A stretch of DNA of 64,000 nucleotides. Origin: Phycisphaerales bacterium (GTDB lineage Bacteria > Planctomycetota > Phycisphaerae > Phycisphaerales > SM1A02). Below are positions 15,830 to 24,900 of this stretch, piece by piece; position 1 is the first letter of the stretch; every line of letters starts with the position of its first letter. The notes beneath the pieces were generated by a model. The model had not been told where the DNA came from, searched no databases, and saw nothing but the letters and a program-made list of their open reading frames with translations. The stretch lies in contig JAKVBX010000005.1 in assembly GCA_022446795.1 (NCBI GenBank), positions 37,085 to 101,084 on the forward strand. The letters are read 5' to 3'. Position numbers and translations under genes: made by a program.

Positions 15830-16944
15830 TTGAGTGTCTCCAGGTAGGCGCACACCAGCTCGATTTCCTCGGACGTCAGTTTCATGGCCGGCATGTCACA
15901 ACCGGGCTTGATCGTCTGCGGGTCGAAGACCCACTGTCGCAGGACCTGCGGGTTGTTGGGCGCCGCGCCGGCGCCGATCACGCTTCGGCTCATGAAGTGC
16001 GTCAGGTCGGGCGCGAATGTCCCGTTGGCAACCGTGCCACGGATGGTGTGGCAGTTGATGCAGGCGGTCTGCTGGAAGATCCGTCGTCCCTCCGCCACCG
16101 ACTCGTCCTGCACGGCTTCCTTCTGCTGCTGGGCGACCCACTTCTTGAACTCGGACTCGGGTTCCACTACGACCGTGATGAGCATGTTGGCGTGAGCACC
16201 GCCGCAGTACTCGGCGCACTGTCCGACGTAGGTTCCGGCCATGTTGGGCTCGAGCCAGAGGTGGTTCTTGTCCCGGTTGGGGACCACGTCCGTCTTGCCG
16301 GCGAGCTGGGGAACCCAGAAGGAGTGGATGACGTCCGCGGACTCCAGCGAGAGGAACACCGGAATGGGGGTGTTGTCATCGCCGATGGGAATGTGAAGTT
16401 CGTTCGCCGTGACGAAGCCGTACTCGGGGTAGTCGAACTCCCACCACCAGCGATGGCCGACGACCGTGACTTCCAGGGCGCCTTCCGGGGGCGTTTCCTT
16501 CTCGATTTCGAAGATCCCCCGGGCGGACACCAGGAAGAGAACGAATACGATGAGCGTTGGTAGAACGGTCCAGGCCAGTTCGATGGGGTTGCTGCCGTAG
16601 ATCTGGGCCGGCTCGGCATCGTCATCACCTTCACGGTGGCGATACCGGATGATGCTGAAGACGATCATCGTCATCACGATGATGCCCAGGACGCCCACAA
16701 TGCCGATGACCAACCACGTGATATCGAGGATCTGCTGTGCCGGAGCACTTCGAGGTGCGAACATCGTCGGCCAGGGTGCGGCACCGTCGCAGACGGGAGC
16801 CTCTGCAGCGGCGGTGGCGGTTTCCGCAAAACTCGTTTCGCTGGTGGCAGACACCATGACCGCGGCGAGGATGACGAGCACCAGGCCCATGGGGCCTGCA
16901 ATCAGCCGCGACCGGCCGTCGTGTGCCGTCCTATGTCGCGTCAT
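15826..16944 (-). CDS. ctaC: cytochrome c oxidase subunit II with a fused C-terminal cytochrome c (caa3 type)
   Basis: The CuA site is DVIHSFWVPQLAGKTD...CAEYCGGAHANM. The C-terminal heme site is CINCH. The start ATG at 16944 precedes the TM/signal region. Confidence 0.9.
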   Translation of the reverse strand: MTRHRTAHDGRSRLIAGPMGLVLVILAAVMVSATSETSFAETATAAAEAPVCDGAAPWPTMFAPRSAPAQQILDITWLVIGIVGVLGIIVMTMIVFSIIRYRHREGDDDAEPAQIYGSNPIELAWTVLPTLIVFVLFLVSARGIFEIEKETPPEGALEVTVVGHRWWWEFDYPEYGFVTANELHIPIGDDNTPIPVFLSLESADVIHSFWVPQLAGKTDVVPNRDKNHLWLEPNMAGTYVGQCAEYCGGAHANMLITVVVEPESEFKKWVAQQQKEAVQDESVAEGRRIFQQTACINCHTIRGTVANGTFAPDLTHFMSRSVIGAGAAPNNPQVLRQWVFDPQTIKPGCDMPAMKLTSEEIELVCAYLETLK

Positions 16945-17121
16945 TCGCTGTGCTCCACTTCGCCTCGCCCACCGGTCGCCCGAGCCGATCGCGGCGGGGG
17001 CGTGGAGGCAACCTAACAGCATCCCGGGCCTCGTGGCAAACCGTGTTCAGTTGGGTTGGCGCGGCATTCAGGCCCGATTTGCAGGTCGTCTGGTTGGATT
17101 CCCTTGTGCCGGCGGTGCCGG

Positions 17122-20100
17122 ATGAAGAAGGACCCCAGGGTGAGAGAAATCGCCGCTGCGATTGACTCGTGCCTGATCCGGGACCGGCGGCGATTTCGGC
17201 GACGGCTGAGGCGGTTGAAGGGGCGAGGTGATGTCGAGGTCCGCGGCCGGGGGCTTGAGAAACTCGCCAAGCAGGTCAAGGAGTCGCTCGAGGCTGTCGA
17301 TCGAAGGCGTCAAGTGCTTGTCAAACAAGAGTTTGCGGGAGATCTTCCGATTCTCGAGGCACGGGCGGAGATCGACAGGGCCCTCGCCGACAACCAGGTG
17401 GTCATCATCTGTGGTGAGACGGGGTCGGGGAAGACGACCCAGTTGCCCCGAATGGCGATGGACGGAGGGCGGGGGCTGTTCGGCGTCATCGGGCATACGC
17501 AGCCCCGGCGACTGGCAGCCCGGGCGGTCGCCCAGCGGATCTCCGATGAGCTGGGTCCGGTTGGTCCCCAGGTCGTGGGCTTCCAGGTGCGATTCCGGAG
17601 GCAGACGCCTCCTGATTCGATCATCAAGGTGATGACCGATGGCATCCTGCTCGCGGAGTTGGCGGATGATCCGAGGCTGGAGCAGTACGACACGATCATC
17701 GTTGACGAGGCTCACGAGCGAAGCCTGAATATCGATCTCCTGCTGGGCTGCCTGAGGCGCATCGTGGCGCAGCGTCCCGAGCTGCGGGTGATCGTGACCT
17801 CTGCGACGATTGATGCCGATCGGTTCTCGACGTTCTTTGGTGGCGCGCCGGTCATCGAGGTCTCGGGGCGTCAATACCCCGTGGACATCGTCCATCCCGA
17901 ATCGGGGAGTGGGCCCGATGATCCCGAGTCGGTCTCCCGCGCCGTGCATGATGCCATGCACGAGGCGGTCCGTCGTCATCCCGACACGGGAGACGTGCTC
18001 GTGTTCCTGCCCGGTGAACGCGAGATCCGGGAAGTGGGGCGAACGCTGCAGGGCCCCTTCGGTCGCGACTTCGAGATCGTGCCGCTGTATGCGAGACTTT
18101 CGCTGGCGGCGCAGCAGAAGGCGCTGCGGCCCGGGGCTCGCCGTCGGATCGTGCTGTCGACCAACGTGGCGGAGACGTCGTTGACCGTGCCGCGGATTCG
18201 CGTGGTCATCGACTCGGGACTCGCCCGTATCAATCGATACAGCGCCCGGCGAGGCATCGAGCGGCTCCCGGTGGAAGGCATCTCGCAGGCGTCCGCGGCA
18301 CAGCGGACGGGTCGGGCCGGTCGCATCGCGCCGGGGACCTGCCTGCGGCTGTATTCCGAGGCGGCGCTGGCCAAGCGAGACGCGTATACACCACCGGAGA
18401 TTCTCCGCACGAATCTCGCGGGCGTGATTCTCCGGTTGGCGGACATGGGACTGGGGAGCGTGGAGGAGTTTCCGCTGCTGGATCCACCACGACCCCAGGC
18501 GATCCGAGCCGGCCTGGAGACTCTTCATGAACTGGGCGCACTGGATGCGGCAGGTGGTTTGACCCGGGTCGGTCGATCCATGGCCCGGATGCCCGTCGAC
18601 CCCCGGCTTTCGCGAATGCTCCTGGCGGGGCACGAGGAAAACTGCCTGGATGATGTCCTGGTCATCGCCAGTGGCCTGGCCATTCCCGATCCCCGCGTCC
18701 GTCCACCGGAATCGGAACAGGCGGCGGACCAGCGGCATGCGGCTTTCCGCGAAGAGGGGTCGGATTTCCTGTCCATGCGAACGCTGTGGGAAGAGTGGGT
18801 CAAGGTCATTCGAGCCGGCGGGGGAAGCAGCCATCGCCGCTGGTGCCAGTCCAACTTTCTTTCCTGGGTGCGGATGCGCGAGTGGCGGGAGATCCATGAT
18901 CAGTTGCATCGCATGCTGCGTGAAGTCGGTCTGCGCACGGAACGACGCGATCGGCGTGAGGTGGATGCAGATGCCGTGCACCGCTCGCTGCTGGTAGGAC
19001 TCGTGACGAACGTGGGTCACCGGGCCCGGCCAACTGCGACGACGTCGGGGAAGGTCGAAAAGGGCGTGTACGAGGGGCCGTCGCGAAGACGATTCCGGAT
19101 TCATCCCTCCTCGGGACTCACCCGGGAAAGGCCGCCTTGGATCATGGCGGCCGAGTTGGTCGAGACCACGCAGTTGTGGGCCCGCAAGGCGGCCGGCATC
19201 GACCCGAGCTGGATCGGATCGGTGGCGGCGCATCTCCTGGAACCGGTTTACGGCGATCCGGAATGGGATGGAACGCGCGGCGCGGCGATGACGCAGGAGA
19301 CCCGGACGCTCCGCGGCCTGGCCATCCCCGGCAGTCGACGAGTCGCCTACGCCAAGGTTGATGCGGACGTGGCGAGGCGGATGTTCATCGACGAAGGACT
19401 GGTCCGAGGCGACCTCTCGCTGGGCGCCGAGTTCTACCGGCACAATCGCCAGTTGCAGGAGGAGATCGAGCGGCGTGAGGACCGGCTGCGACGCCGGGAC
19501 CTGCTGGTCAGTGAGTTGGAGCGGGCGGCCTTCTACGAGAAGCATGTGCCGGACTGGGTCGTGGACCTGGCCAGTTTGAAGCGGTGGATTGATACCGCGA
19601 AGGCCGGGGAGGTCGATGCACTTCGGATGAAGGAGTCGGATCTGCTTCGACGGGACGTGGCCGTTGAGGAAGAGGCCTTCCCTGAGTTCATGACGCTGTC
19701 GGGCGTGACGTGCGCGGTGCATTATGGGTTCGAACCCGGCTCGGACCAGGACGGCATGTGTGTCCGGGTTCCGCTGGGAATTCTGACGAGAATCGATCCG
19801 GTCCGCCTGGGGTGGCTGGTCCCGGGGTTGCTGCCGGAGAAGATCGAGGCCGTCATCCGCGGACTCGACAAGGACATCCGCAGGGAATGCCAGCCGGTGG
19901 CGGACACGGTTGACTGGTGTCGACACGAGATGCGTGATGGCGAGGGGCCGGTGGACGGGCGGCTTGCCGAACTGCTGACGCAGCGCAGTGGTCATGACGT
20001 CACGGTGGCGATGGTGTCGGCGGTCGAGCTGCCGCCGCACCTGCAGGTCATGATCGAGGTCGTCGATGGCGAGACGGTTGTCGGGCAGGGGCGTGACCTG

Positions 20101-21054
20101 GGTGTTCTTCGTGATCAGTTGGCGTCCGGTGCCGTGGCGGACTTCGCCGGGGCGGCGGCGGCACATGACCTGGCCCGTGAGAATCAGCAGTCCTGGACCT
20201 GGGGCAGCCTGTTCGAACCCGTGACGCTCCAGGTCGGCGGTGTGGCGCTCTCGGCGTGGACGTCATTGGAGGACGAGGGCCGATCCGTGGGCATCCGGTT
20301 GGTGCCATCATCGATGGAAGCCGTGCAACGGAGTCGCCGCGGATTGTGTCGCCTGTTCCTGATGGCCGGTGGCGGCAGCATCGAATTCCAGGTGGAACAC
20401 CTTCCGGAACTGGACCGACTGATGCTGTCGGCCTCACCGGTGCTCGGCAGTGATCACCTGTGCGATGGGGTGGCGCTCCTGGCCTGCGAAGCGATCTACC
20501 TGGGTGACGGTGGGCCGCGTCACCTGTCAACCCGGGAGGCCTTCGAGTCCCGACTGGTTGAAGGTGAGGCCCTCATCGTCAAGAGCGTGCTGGAGGTTGG
20601 CGAACGGTGCCGGGAGATCTTCCAGCGACGCCAGGACGTGGCGATCGTGCTGGAGTCGGGATGTCCACCGGGGGCCGAGGTGACCTGGGACGAAGAAGCC
20701 AGGCACCTGGATCGACTGTTCCAACCGGATGTCCTCCACGAGACGCCGCGGGCCTGGTTGGCCCAGTACCCACGGTGGCTGGACGTGATGACCCAGCGGC
20801 TCCATCGAGCGCGACGCGAGAACGGTCGTGGCCTGCGGATCGAGGAGGTCGATCGGTGGGAAGCGCGACTCGCCACCGTGTGGCGTGGTGACGCCACGCT
20901 GCCGGCGGTGCGACAACTCGCCTGGCTGATGGAAGAGTGGCGGGTGCGACACCAGGCGCCCGGCCAGCCCCAGGCGGTACCGGTGACCGAGGAGACCCTG
21001 GCCCAGCAATGGGAGGTCATCAGGATGCTGGGGATTCCCGGCGTGACGTCGTAG
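17122..21054 (+). CDS. hrpA: ATP-dependent RNA helicase HrpA (DEAH box)
   Basis: Contains GETGSGKTTQLP, DEAHERS, SATID and TNVAETSLT, with a long HrpA-type C-terminal extension. Confidence 0.9.
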   Translation: MKKDPRVREIAAAIDSCLIRDRRRFRRRLRRLKGRGDVEVRGRGLEKLAKQVKESLEAVDRRRQVLVKQEFAGDLPILEARAEIDRALADNQVVIICGETGSGKTTQLPRMAMDGGRGLFGVIGHTQPRRLAARAVAQRISDELGPVGPQVVGFQVRFRRQTPPDSIIKVMTDGILLAELADDPRLEQYDTIIVDEAHERSLNIDLLLGCLRRIVAQRPELRVIVTSATIDADRFSTFFGGAPVIEVSGRQYPVDIVHPESGSGPDDPESVSRAVHDAMHEAVRRHPDTGDVLVFLPGEREIREVGRTLQGPFGRDFEIVPLYARLSLAAQQKALRPGARRRIVLSTNVAETSLTVPRIRVVIDSGLARINRYSARRGIERLPVEGISQASAAQRTGRAGRIAPGTCLRLYSEAALAKRDAYTPPEILRTNLAGVILRLADMGLGSVEEFPLLDPPRPQAIRAGLETLHELGALDAAGGLTRVGRSMARMPVDPRLSRMLLAGHEENCLDDVLVIASGLAIPDPRVRPPESEQAADQRHAAFREEGSDFLSMRTLWEEWVKVIRAGGGSSHRRWCQSNFLSWVRMREWREIHDQLHRMLREVGLRTERRDRREVDADAVHRSLLVGLVTNVGHRARPTATTSGKVEKGVYEGPSRRRFRIHPSSGLTRERPPWIMAAELVETTQLWARKAAGIDPSWIGSVAAHLLEPVYGDPEWDGTRGAAMTQETRTLRGLAIPGSRRVAYAKVDADVARRMFIDEGLVRGDLSLGAEFYRHNRQLQEEIERREDRLRRRDLLVSELERAAFYEKHVPDWVVDLASLKRWIDTAKAGEVDALRMKESDLLRRDVAVEEEAFPEFMTLSGVTCAVHYGFEPGSDQDGMCVRVPLGILTRIDPVRLGWLVPGLLPEKIEAVIRGLDKDIRRECQPVADTVDWCRHEMRDGEGPVDGRLAELLTQRSGHDVTVAMVSAVELPPHLQVMIEVVDGETVVGQGRDLGVLRDQLASGAVADFAGAAAAHDLARENQQSWTWGSLFEPVTLQVGGVALSAWTSLEDEGRSVGIRLVPSSMEAVQRSRRGLCRLFLMAGGGSIEFQVEHLPELDRLMLSASPVLGSDHLCDGVALLACEAIYLGDGGPRHLSTREAFESRLVEGEALIVKSVLEVGERCREIFQRRQDVAIVLESGCPPGAEVTWDEEARHLDRLFQPDVLHETPRAWLAQYPRWLDVMTQRLHRARRENGRGLRIEEVDRWEARLATVWRGDATLPAVRQLAWLMEEWRVRHQAPGQPQAVPVTEETLAQQWEVIRMLGIPGVTS

Positions 21055-21057
21055 CGG

Positions 21058-22401
21058 TCAGGACGTGACGGTTTCGGTTTCCGCGGAGCGGCCGACGCTG
21101 TAGTAGATCCAGCCGTTGCTGGTCATGGCATCGTGATCCCAGATGTTCCGGCCGTCGAAGACGAGCGGCGCCTTGAGGGTTGACTTCATGCGGTCGAAGT
21201 CCGGCGTACGGAACTCGGGCCACTCCGTGCAGACGATCAGGGCGTCTGCGTTGGGGAGTGCTTCGTACATGTCCTCGACGATGTTGATATCGAGGCCGTA
21301 CTGGCTGAAAGTCTCACGGGCGATGGGGTCGAACGCGGTGATGGTGGCGCCGGCTTCCAGCATCTTCGTGATGATGGTGTGCGCAGGTGCTTCCCGAACG
21401 TCGTCGGTGTTGGGCTTGAAGGCCAGTCCCCAGATCGCCAGGTGGACGCCGGAGAGGTCGCCATTGAAGTGCCGCAGGATGCGATTGATGAACCAGAGCC
21501 GCTGGGCCTGGTTGACGTCATGTACCGCCTGGTTGAGCAGGCAGGGGATGTCCGAGTCCTCACCCATCTCGATCACGGCCAGCGTGTCCTTGGGGAAGCA
21601 TGAGCCGCCATAGCCCAGCCCCGGGTAGAGGAACTCGCGGCCGATGCGACGATCGGCACACATGCCTTCCCGGACCTGGCGGATGTCGGCGCCATAGTGC
21701 TCGCACAGGCGGGCCATCTCATTGATGAACGAGATCTTCGCGGCCAGCATCGCGTTGGACGAGTACTTCACCATCTCGGCGGACGGGATCTCCATGAACA
21801 TGAGCGGGCGGTCCTGCCGGACGAATGGCTCGTAGAGTCGCGTCAGCCGGTCCCGGCCAACATCGTCATGGACGCCGCACACGATGCGATCAGGCTTCTG
21901 GAAGTCGCCGATGGCATCGCCTTCCTTCAGGAACTCGGGATTGTCCGCGACCGAGAAGGGTTGATCCGTCAGGGCGGCAATCTGGTCCCGGACCTTGTAG
22001 GTCGTGCCCACGGGAACGGTGGACTTGACGATGACGAGCGGATGATTGGTGTCGCACTCGGGATCGTTGAGCGCCTCGGCAATGTCGCGGGCCACGCTCA
22101 TGACGGCGGACAGGTCAGCTCGGCCGTCGGCACCGGTGGGGGTACCGACGCAGATGAAGATCAGTTCGGCACCGGAGTAGGCGGCCCGTCGATCAGCCGT
22201 GAAGGTCAGTCGTCCGGAACGACTGTTGAGATGCATGAGTTCCTCGAGGCCCGGTTCGTAGATCGGGCAGGACCCCGACTTCATCGCTGTCACGCGCTCC
22301 TCGTTGACGTCCAGGCACGTCACCTCATTGCCCGTGTTGGACAGGCAAACCCCGGTGACGAGTCCCACGTAGCCTGATCCGACGATCGTGACGTTCAACA
22401 C
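21058..22401 (-). CDS. ugd: UDP-glucose 6-dehydrogenase
   Basis: The N-terminal Rossmann motif is IVGSGYVGLVTGVCL. It also has GGSCFPKD and GLAFKPNTDDVREAP. Confidence 0.9.
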   Translation of the reverse strand: MLNVTIVGSGYVGLVTGVCLSNTGNEVTCLDVNEERVTAMKSGSCPIYEPGLEELMHLNSRSGRLTFTADRRAAYSGAELIFICVGTPTGADGRADLSAVMSVARDIAEALNDPECDTNHPLVIVKSTVPVGTTYKVRDQIAALTDQPFSVADNPEFLKEGDAIGDFQKPDRIVCGVHDDVGRDRLTRLYEPFVRQDRPLMFMEIPSAEMVKYSSNAMLAAKISFINEMARLCEHYGADIRQVREGMCADRRIGREFLYPGLGYGGSCFPKDTLAVIEMGEDSDIPCLLNQAVHDVNQAQRLWFINRILRHFNGDLSGVHLAIWGLAFKPNTDDVREAPAHTIITKMLEAGATITAFDPIARETFSQYGLDINIVEDMYEALPNADALIVCTEWPEFRTPDFDRMKSTLKAPLVFDGRNIWDHDAMTSNGWIYYSVGRSAETETVTS

Positions 22402-22456
22402 GAATTTCTCCTCGCGAAATCGGTGACGGTCTGGACGGCCGGTGCCGTCCGTGAAG

Positions 22457-22990
22457 TCAGGAACAGCAGAGTATACCGCCGTGGGCGAGGGATTCCGCGT
22501 CGCAGCCTTCCAGTTCGAGCAACTGTCGCTTCAGCCGCACCGCCTGGTCGGTGGGTGCCGTTCGACCGGCGAAGCCACCGAGTCCGCCCCCGGTTCGCAC
22601 CACCCGATGGCAGGGAACCAGCAGTGGCGTGGGATTGTGTCGCATGGCAGCCGCGGCGGCTCGAATGGCCGTGGGCCGACCGGCTTCGGTGGCCAACTCG
22701 CGGTAGGTCAGGACGCCTCCGGCCGGGATCAGGCGACAGACCAACCAGCAGTCGCGGAAGAACGTGGGGCCGTCGGGAATCTCGAAGTCCGGAACAGGGC
22801 GTGACTCGCCTCGGGCGAGATCCTCGACCCACTCGGCGAGGTCATCACGCAGGCTCGTGTCTTCGGTCCCGCCACCGGGCGTGTCGCCGACATGGTGCCA
22901 GCCACCATGGATCGAACCGGCGGTGTCCTCGGCCAGCCGGAAGACGCCGAGGGAAGTGGGAATATCACGCCAGAACTCGATCCTGTTCAT
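22457..22990 (-). CDS. ogt: methylated-DNA--protein-cysteine methyltransferase
   Basis: Contains the active-site motif VPCHRVV and the downstream GGLGGF. The start is at the internal ATG (MNRIEFWRD). Confidence 0.85.
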   Translation of the reverse strand: MNRIEFWRDIPTSLGVFRLAEDTAGSIHGGWHHVGDTPGGGTEDTSLRDDLAEWVEDLARGESRPVPDFEIPDGPTFFRDCWLVCRLIPAGGVLTYRELATEAGRPTAIRAAAAAMRHNPTPLLVPCHRVVRTGGGLGGFAGRTAPTDQAVRLKRQLLELEGCDAESLAHGGILCCS

Positions 22991-23046
22991 CAGATCATCG
23001 TACCCTGTCAGGCACGGGAACAGCCCGAACCAGGAGAAGCCACGAC

Positions 23047-24339
23047 ATGTCCACAACCACCCGTTCGTCCCTGGACGCCCTCTCCCGCGGATTGCTCGAA
23101 CTCCTTGAGGAGCGGGATCCCGCCGTGGCCACCATTCTGGGTGACGAAGCCGTTCGCCAGGCGACGACGCTGGAACTGATTGCCTCGGAGAATCATGTCA
23201 GCACGGCGGTCATGCATGCCATGGGGTCGTGGATGACCAACAAGTATGCCGAGGGCTATCCCGGTGCCCGGTACTACGGCGGCTGCGAACACTACGACCT
23301 GGTGGAGAACCTGGCTCGCGACCGTGCCAAGGAGCTGTTCGGGTGTGGCTACGCGAATGTTCAGCCACATTGTGGTGCCAACGCCAACATCGCCGCCTTC
23401 ATGGCGATGCTCTCCCCGGGTGACCGGGTGCTGTCGCTTCCGATCAAGTCGGGCGGTCACCTGAGCCACGGATTGAAACCGAATTTCTCGGGGACGTTCT
23501 ACGAGATCCATGACTATGACCTGGATCCCGACACCGAACTGCTGGATTACGACGTGATCGCCAAGTTGGCCGAGGACATCCGCCCACAGATGATCATCTG
23601 CGGGTACTCGGCCTATCCCCGGACCATCGACTTCGCCCGATTCCGGCAGATCGCCGATTCGGTCGGTGCGGTGTTGATGGCTGATATCGCCCACATCGCG
23701 GGACTCGTGGCGGCGGGGGTCCACCCGTCACCCTTCCCGCATGCCCATGTCGTGACCACGACGACGCACAAGACGCTCCGGGGACCCCGCGGCGGGCTCG
23801 TCCTGAGTGATGACGAGGAGATCGCCAAGAAAGTCGACCGAAAGGTCTTCCCGGGGTCCCAGGGTGGTCCATTGATGCACATGGTGGCGGCCAAGGCCAT
23901 CGCCTTCCAGGAGGCGTTGCAGCCGTCGTTCCGGACATGGGCACAGCAGGTCGTCGACAATGCGGCCGCGTTGGCCGAGGCGCTGGTCGGGCACGGCTAT
24001 CGCCTGTGCTCCGGTGGCACGGACAACCACCTCATGCTGGTGGATCTTCAACCCCGCGATGCGGAACTGACCGGCGCGGATGCCGAGAAGTGGCTTGAGT
24101 CTGCCGGCATCGTCACGAACAAGAACGGCATTCCCAATGATCCGCGTCCGCCCCGGGTGACCAGCGGCCTTCGACTGGGAACCCCGGCATTGACCACGCG
24201 CGGCTTCGGGCCGTCGGAGATGGTCGAGGTTGCCGCCTTGCTGGATCGCGTGATGGGTTCGGCTGGTGACGAGGCGACCTGCGCCGCGGTCCGGGATGAT
24301 GTCCGGGCGTTGTGCGAGCGGTTCCCGCTGCCGCACTAG
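23047..24339 (+). CDS. glyA: serine hydroxymethyltransferase
   Basis: Contains LELIASENH, YPGARYYGGCE and TTTTHKTLRGPRGG. The start is ATG at 23047; the upstream 208-codon extension overlaps ogt and is rejected. Confidence 0.95.
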   Translation: MSTTTRSSLDALSRGLLELLEERDPAVATILGDEAVRQATTLELIASENHVSTAVMHAMGSWMTNKYAEGYPGARYYGGCEHYDLVENLARDRAKELFGCGYANVQPHCGANANIAAFMAMLSPGDRVLSLPIKSGGHLSHGLKPNFSGTFYEIHDYDLDPDTELLDYDVIAKLAEDIRPQMIICGYSAYPRTIDFARFRQIADSVGAVLMADIAHIAGLVAAGVHPSPFPHAHVVTTTTHKTLRGPRGGLVLSDDEEIAKKVDRKVFPGSQGGPLMHMVAAKAIAFQEALQPSFRTWAQQVVDNAAALAEALVGHGYRLCSGGTDNHLMLVDLQPRDAELTGADAEKWLESAGIVTNKNGIPNDPRPPRVTSGLRLGTPALTTRGFGPSEMVEVAALLDRVMGSAGDEATCAAVRDDVRALCERFPLPH

Positions 24340-24821
24340 ATCGTCGTCGTTCGCAGTTGTCGCCGGGCTTCGTATACCGCCGCGCACACAGCCGTCGCCA
24401 GGTTGAGGCTGCGCGCTTCCGGTGCCATTGGCAGGGTCACGCGGTGGTCATCACCCCAGCCATCACTCACCCAGCCGTGGATCTCGTCCGAGACGCCACG
24501 GGTCTCACCCCCGAAGAGCAGGTAATCGTCGGCCTGGAAGGGGGCATCCCAATGGGCCCGCGAGGCCTTGGTCGTGAACAGGAAGGCTCGGCCCGGGCGT
24601 TCCCGGTCGAGGAAGGCCTCCCAGGACTCGTGCTCCCGACAGTCCACCAGGTGCCAGTAATCGAGCCCGGCACGGCGGAGGGCCTTCTCGGACATGTCAA
24701 ACCCGATCGGGTGGACGATATGCAGCCGGCAGCCCGTAGCAGCAGCCGTCCGGCCGATGTTTCCGGTGTTGTTGGGGATCTCCGGTTGGACGAGCACGAT
24801 GTTGAGCACGGGAGGCCGCAT
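24336..24821 (-). CDS. trmL: tRNA (cytidine/uridine-2'-O)-methyltransferase TrmL (SpoU family)
   Basis: Contains NIVLVQPEIPNNTGNIGRTAAATG and the C-terminal SLNLATAVCAAVYEA. Confidence 0.85.
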   Translation of the reverse strand: MRPPVLNIVLVQPEIPNNTGNIGRTAAATGCRLHIVHPIGFDMSEKALRRAGLDYWHLVDCREHESWEAFLDRERPGRAFLFTTKASRAHWDAPFQADDYLLFGGETRGVSDEIHGWVSDGWGDDHRVTLPMAPEARSLNLATAVCAAVYEARRQLRTTTI

Positions 24822-24900
24822 GGGCTGAGTCTACTGCCCGCGGGTATGCCGGTTGGCGTTATAGTGCGGGACTCGCCGGAGGGCCCTGTCCCGGGAGCTT

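Noticed and set aside
13079-15847. A 922-aa plus-strand ORF lies antisense to ctaE/ctaD.
   Set aside because: It is highly biased (D/H/G/R/E/Q runs) and opposite unmistakable cytochrome oxidase genes, so it is an artefact of GC-rich codon structure.
17068-20166. A 1,032-aa minus-strand ORF lies antisense to hrpA.
   Set aside because: The hrpA frame carries the full DEAH-helicase motif set. The antisense product is R/P/G-rich with no motifs.
22423-23046. A 208-codon N-terminal extension of the glyA ORF. Similar upstream extensions occur for ligA (57093-57389), pyrF (47088-47342), the diheme cytochrome c (12639-13070), nth, uppP, ctaC and hrpA.
   Set aside because: The extensions overlap well-supported genes on the other strand or in another frame. 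Their sequence is R/P/G-rich and non-homologous. Internal starts restore canonical N-termini.
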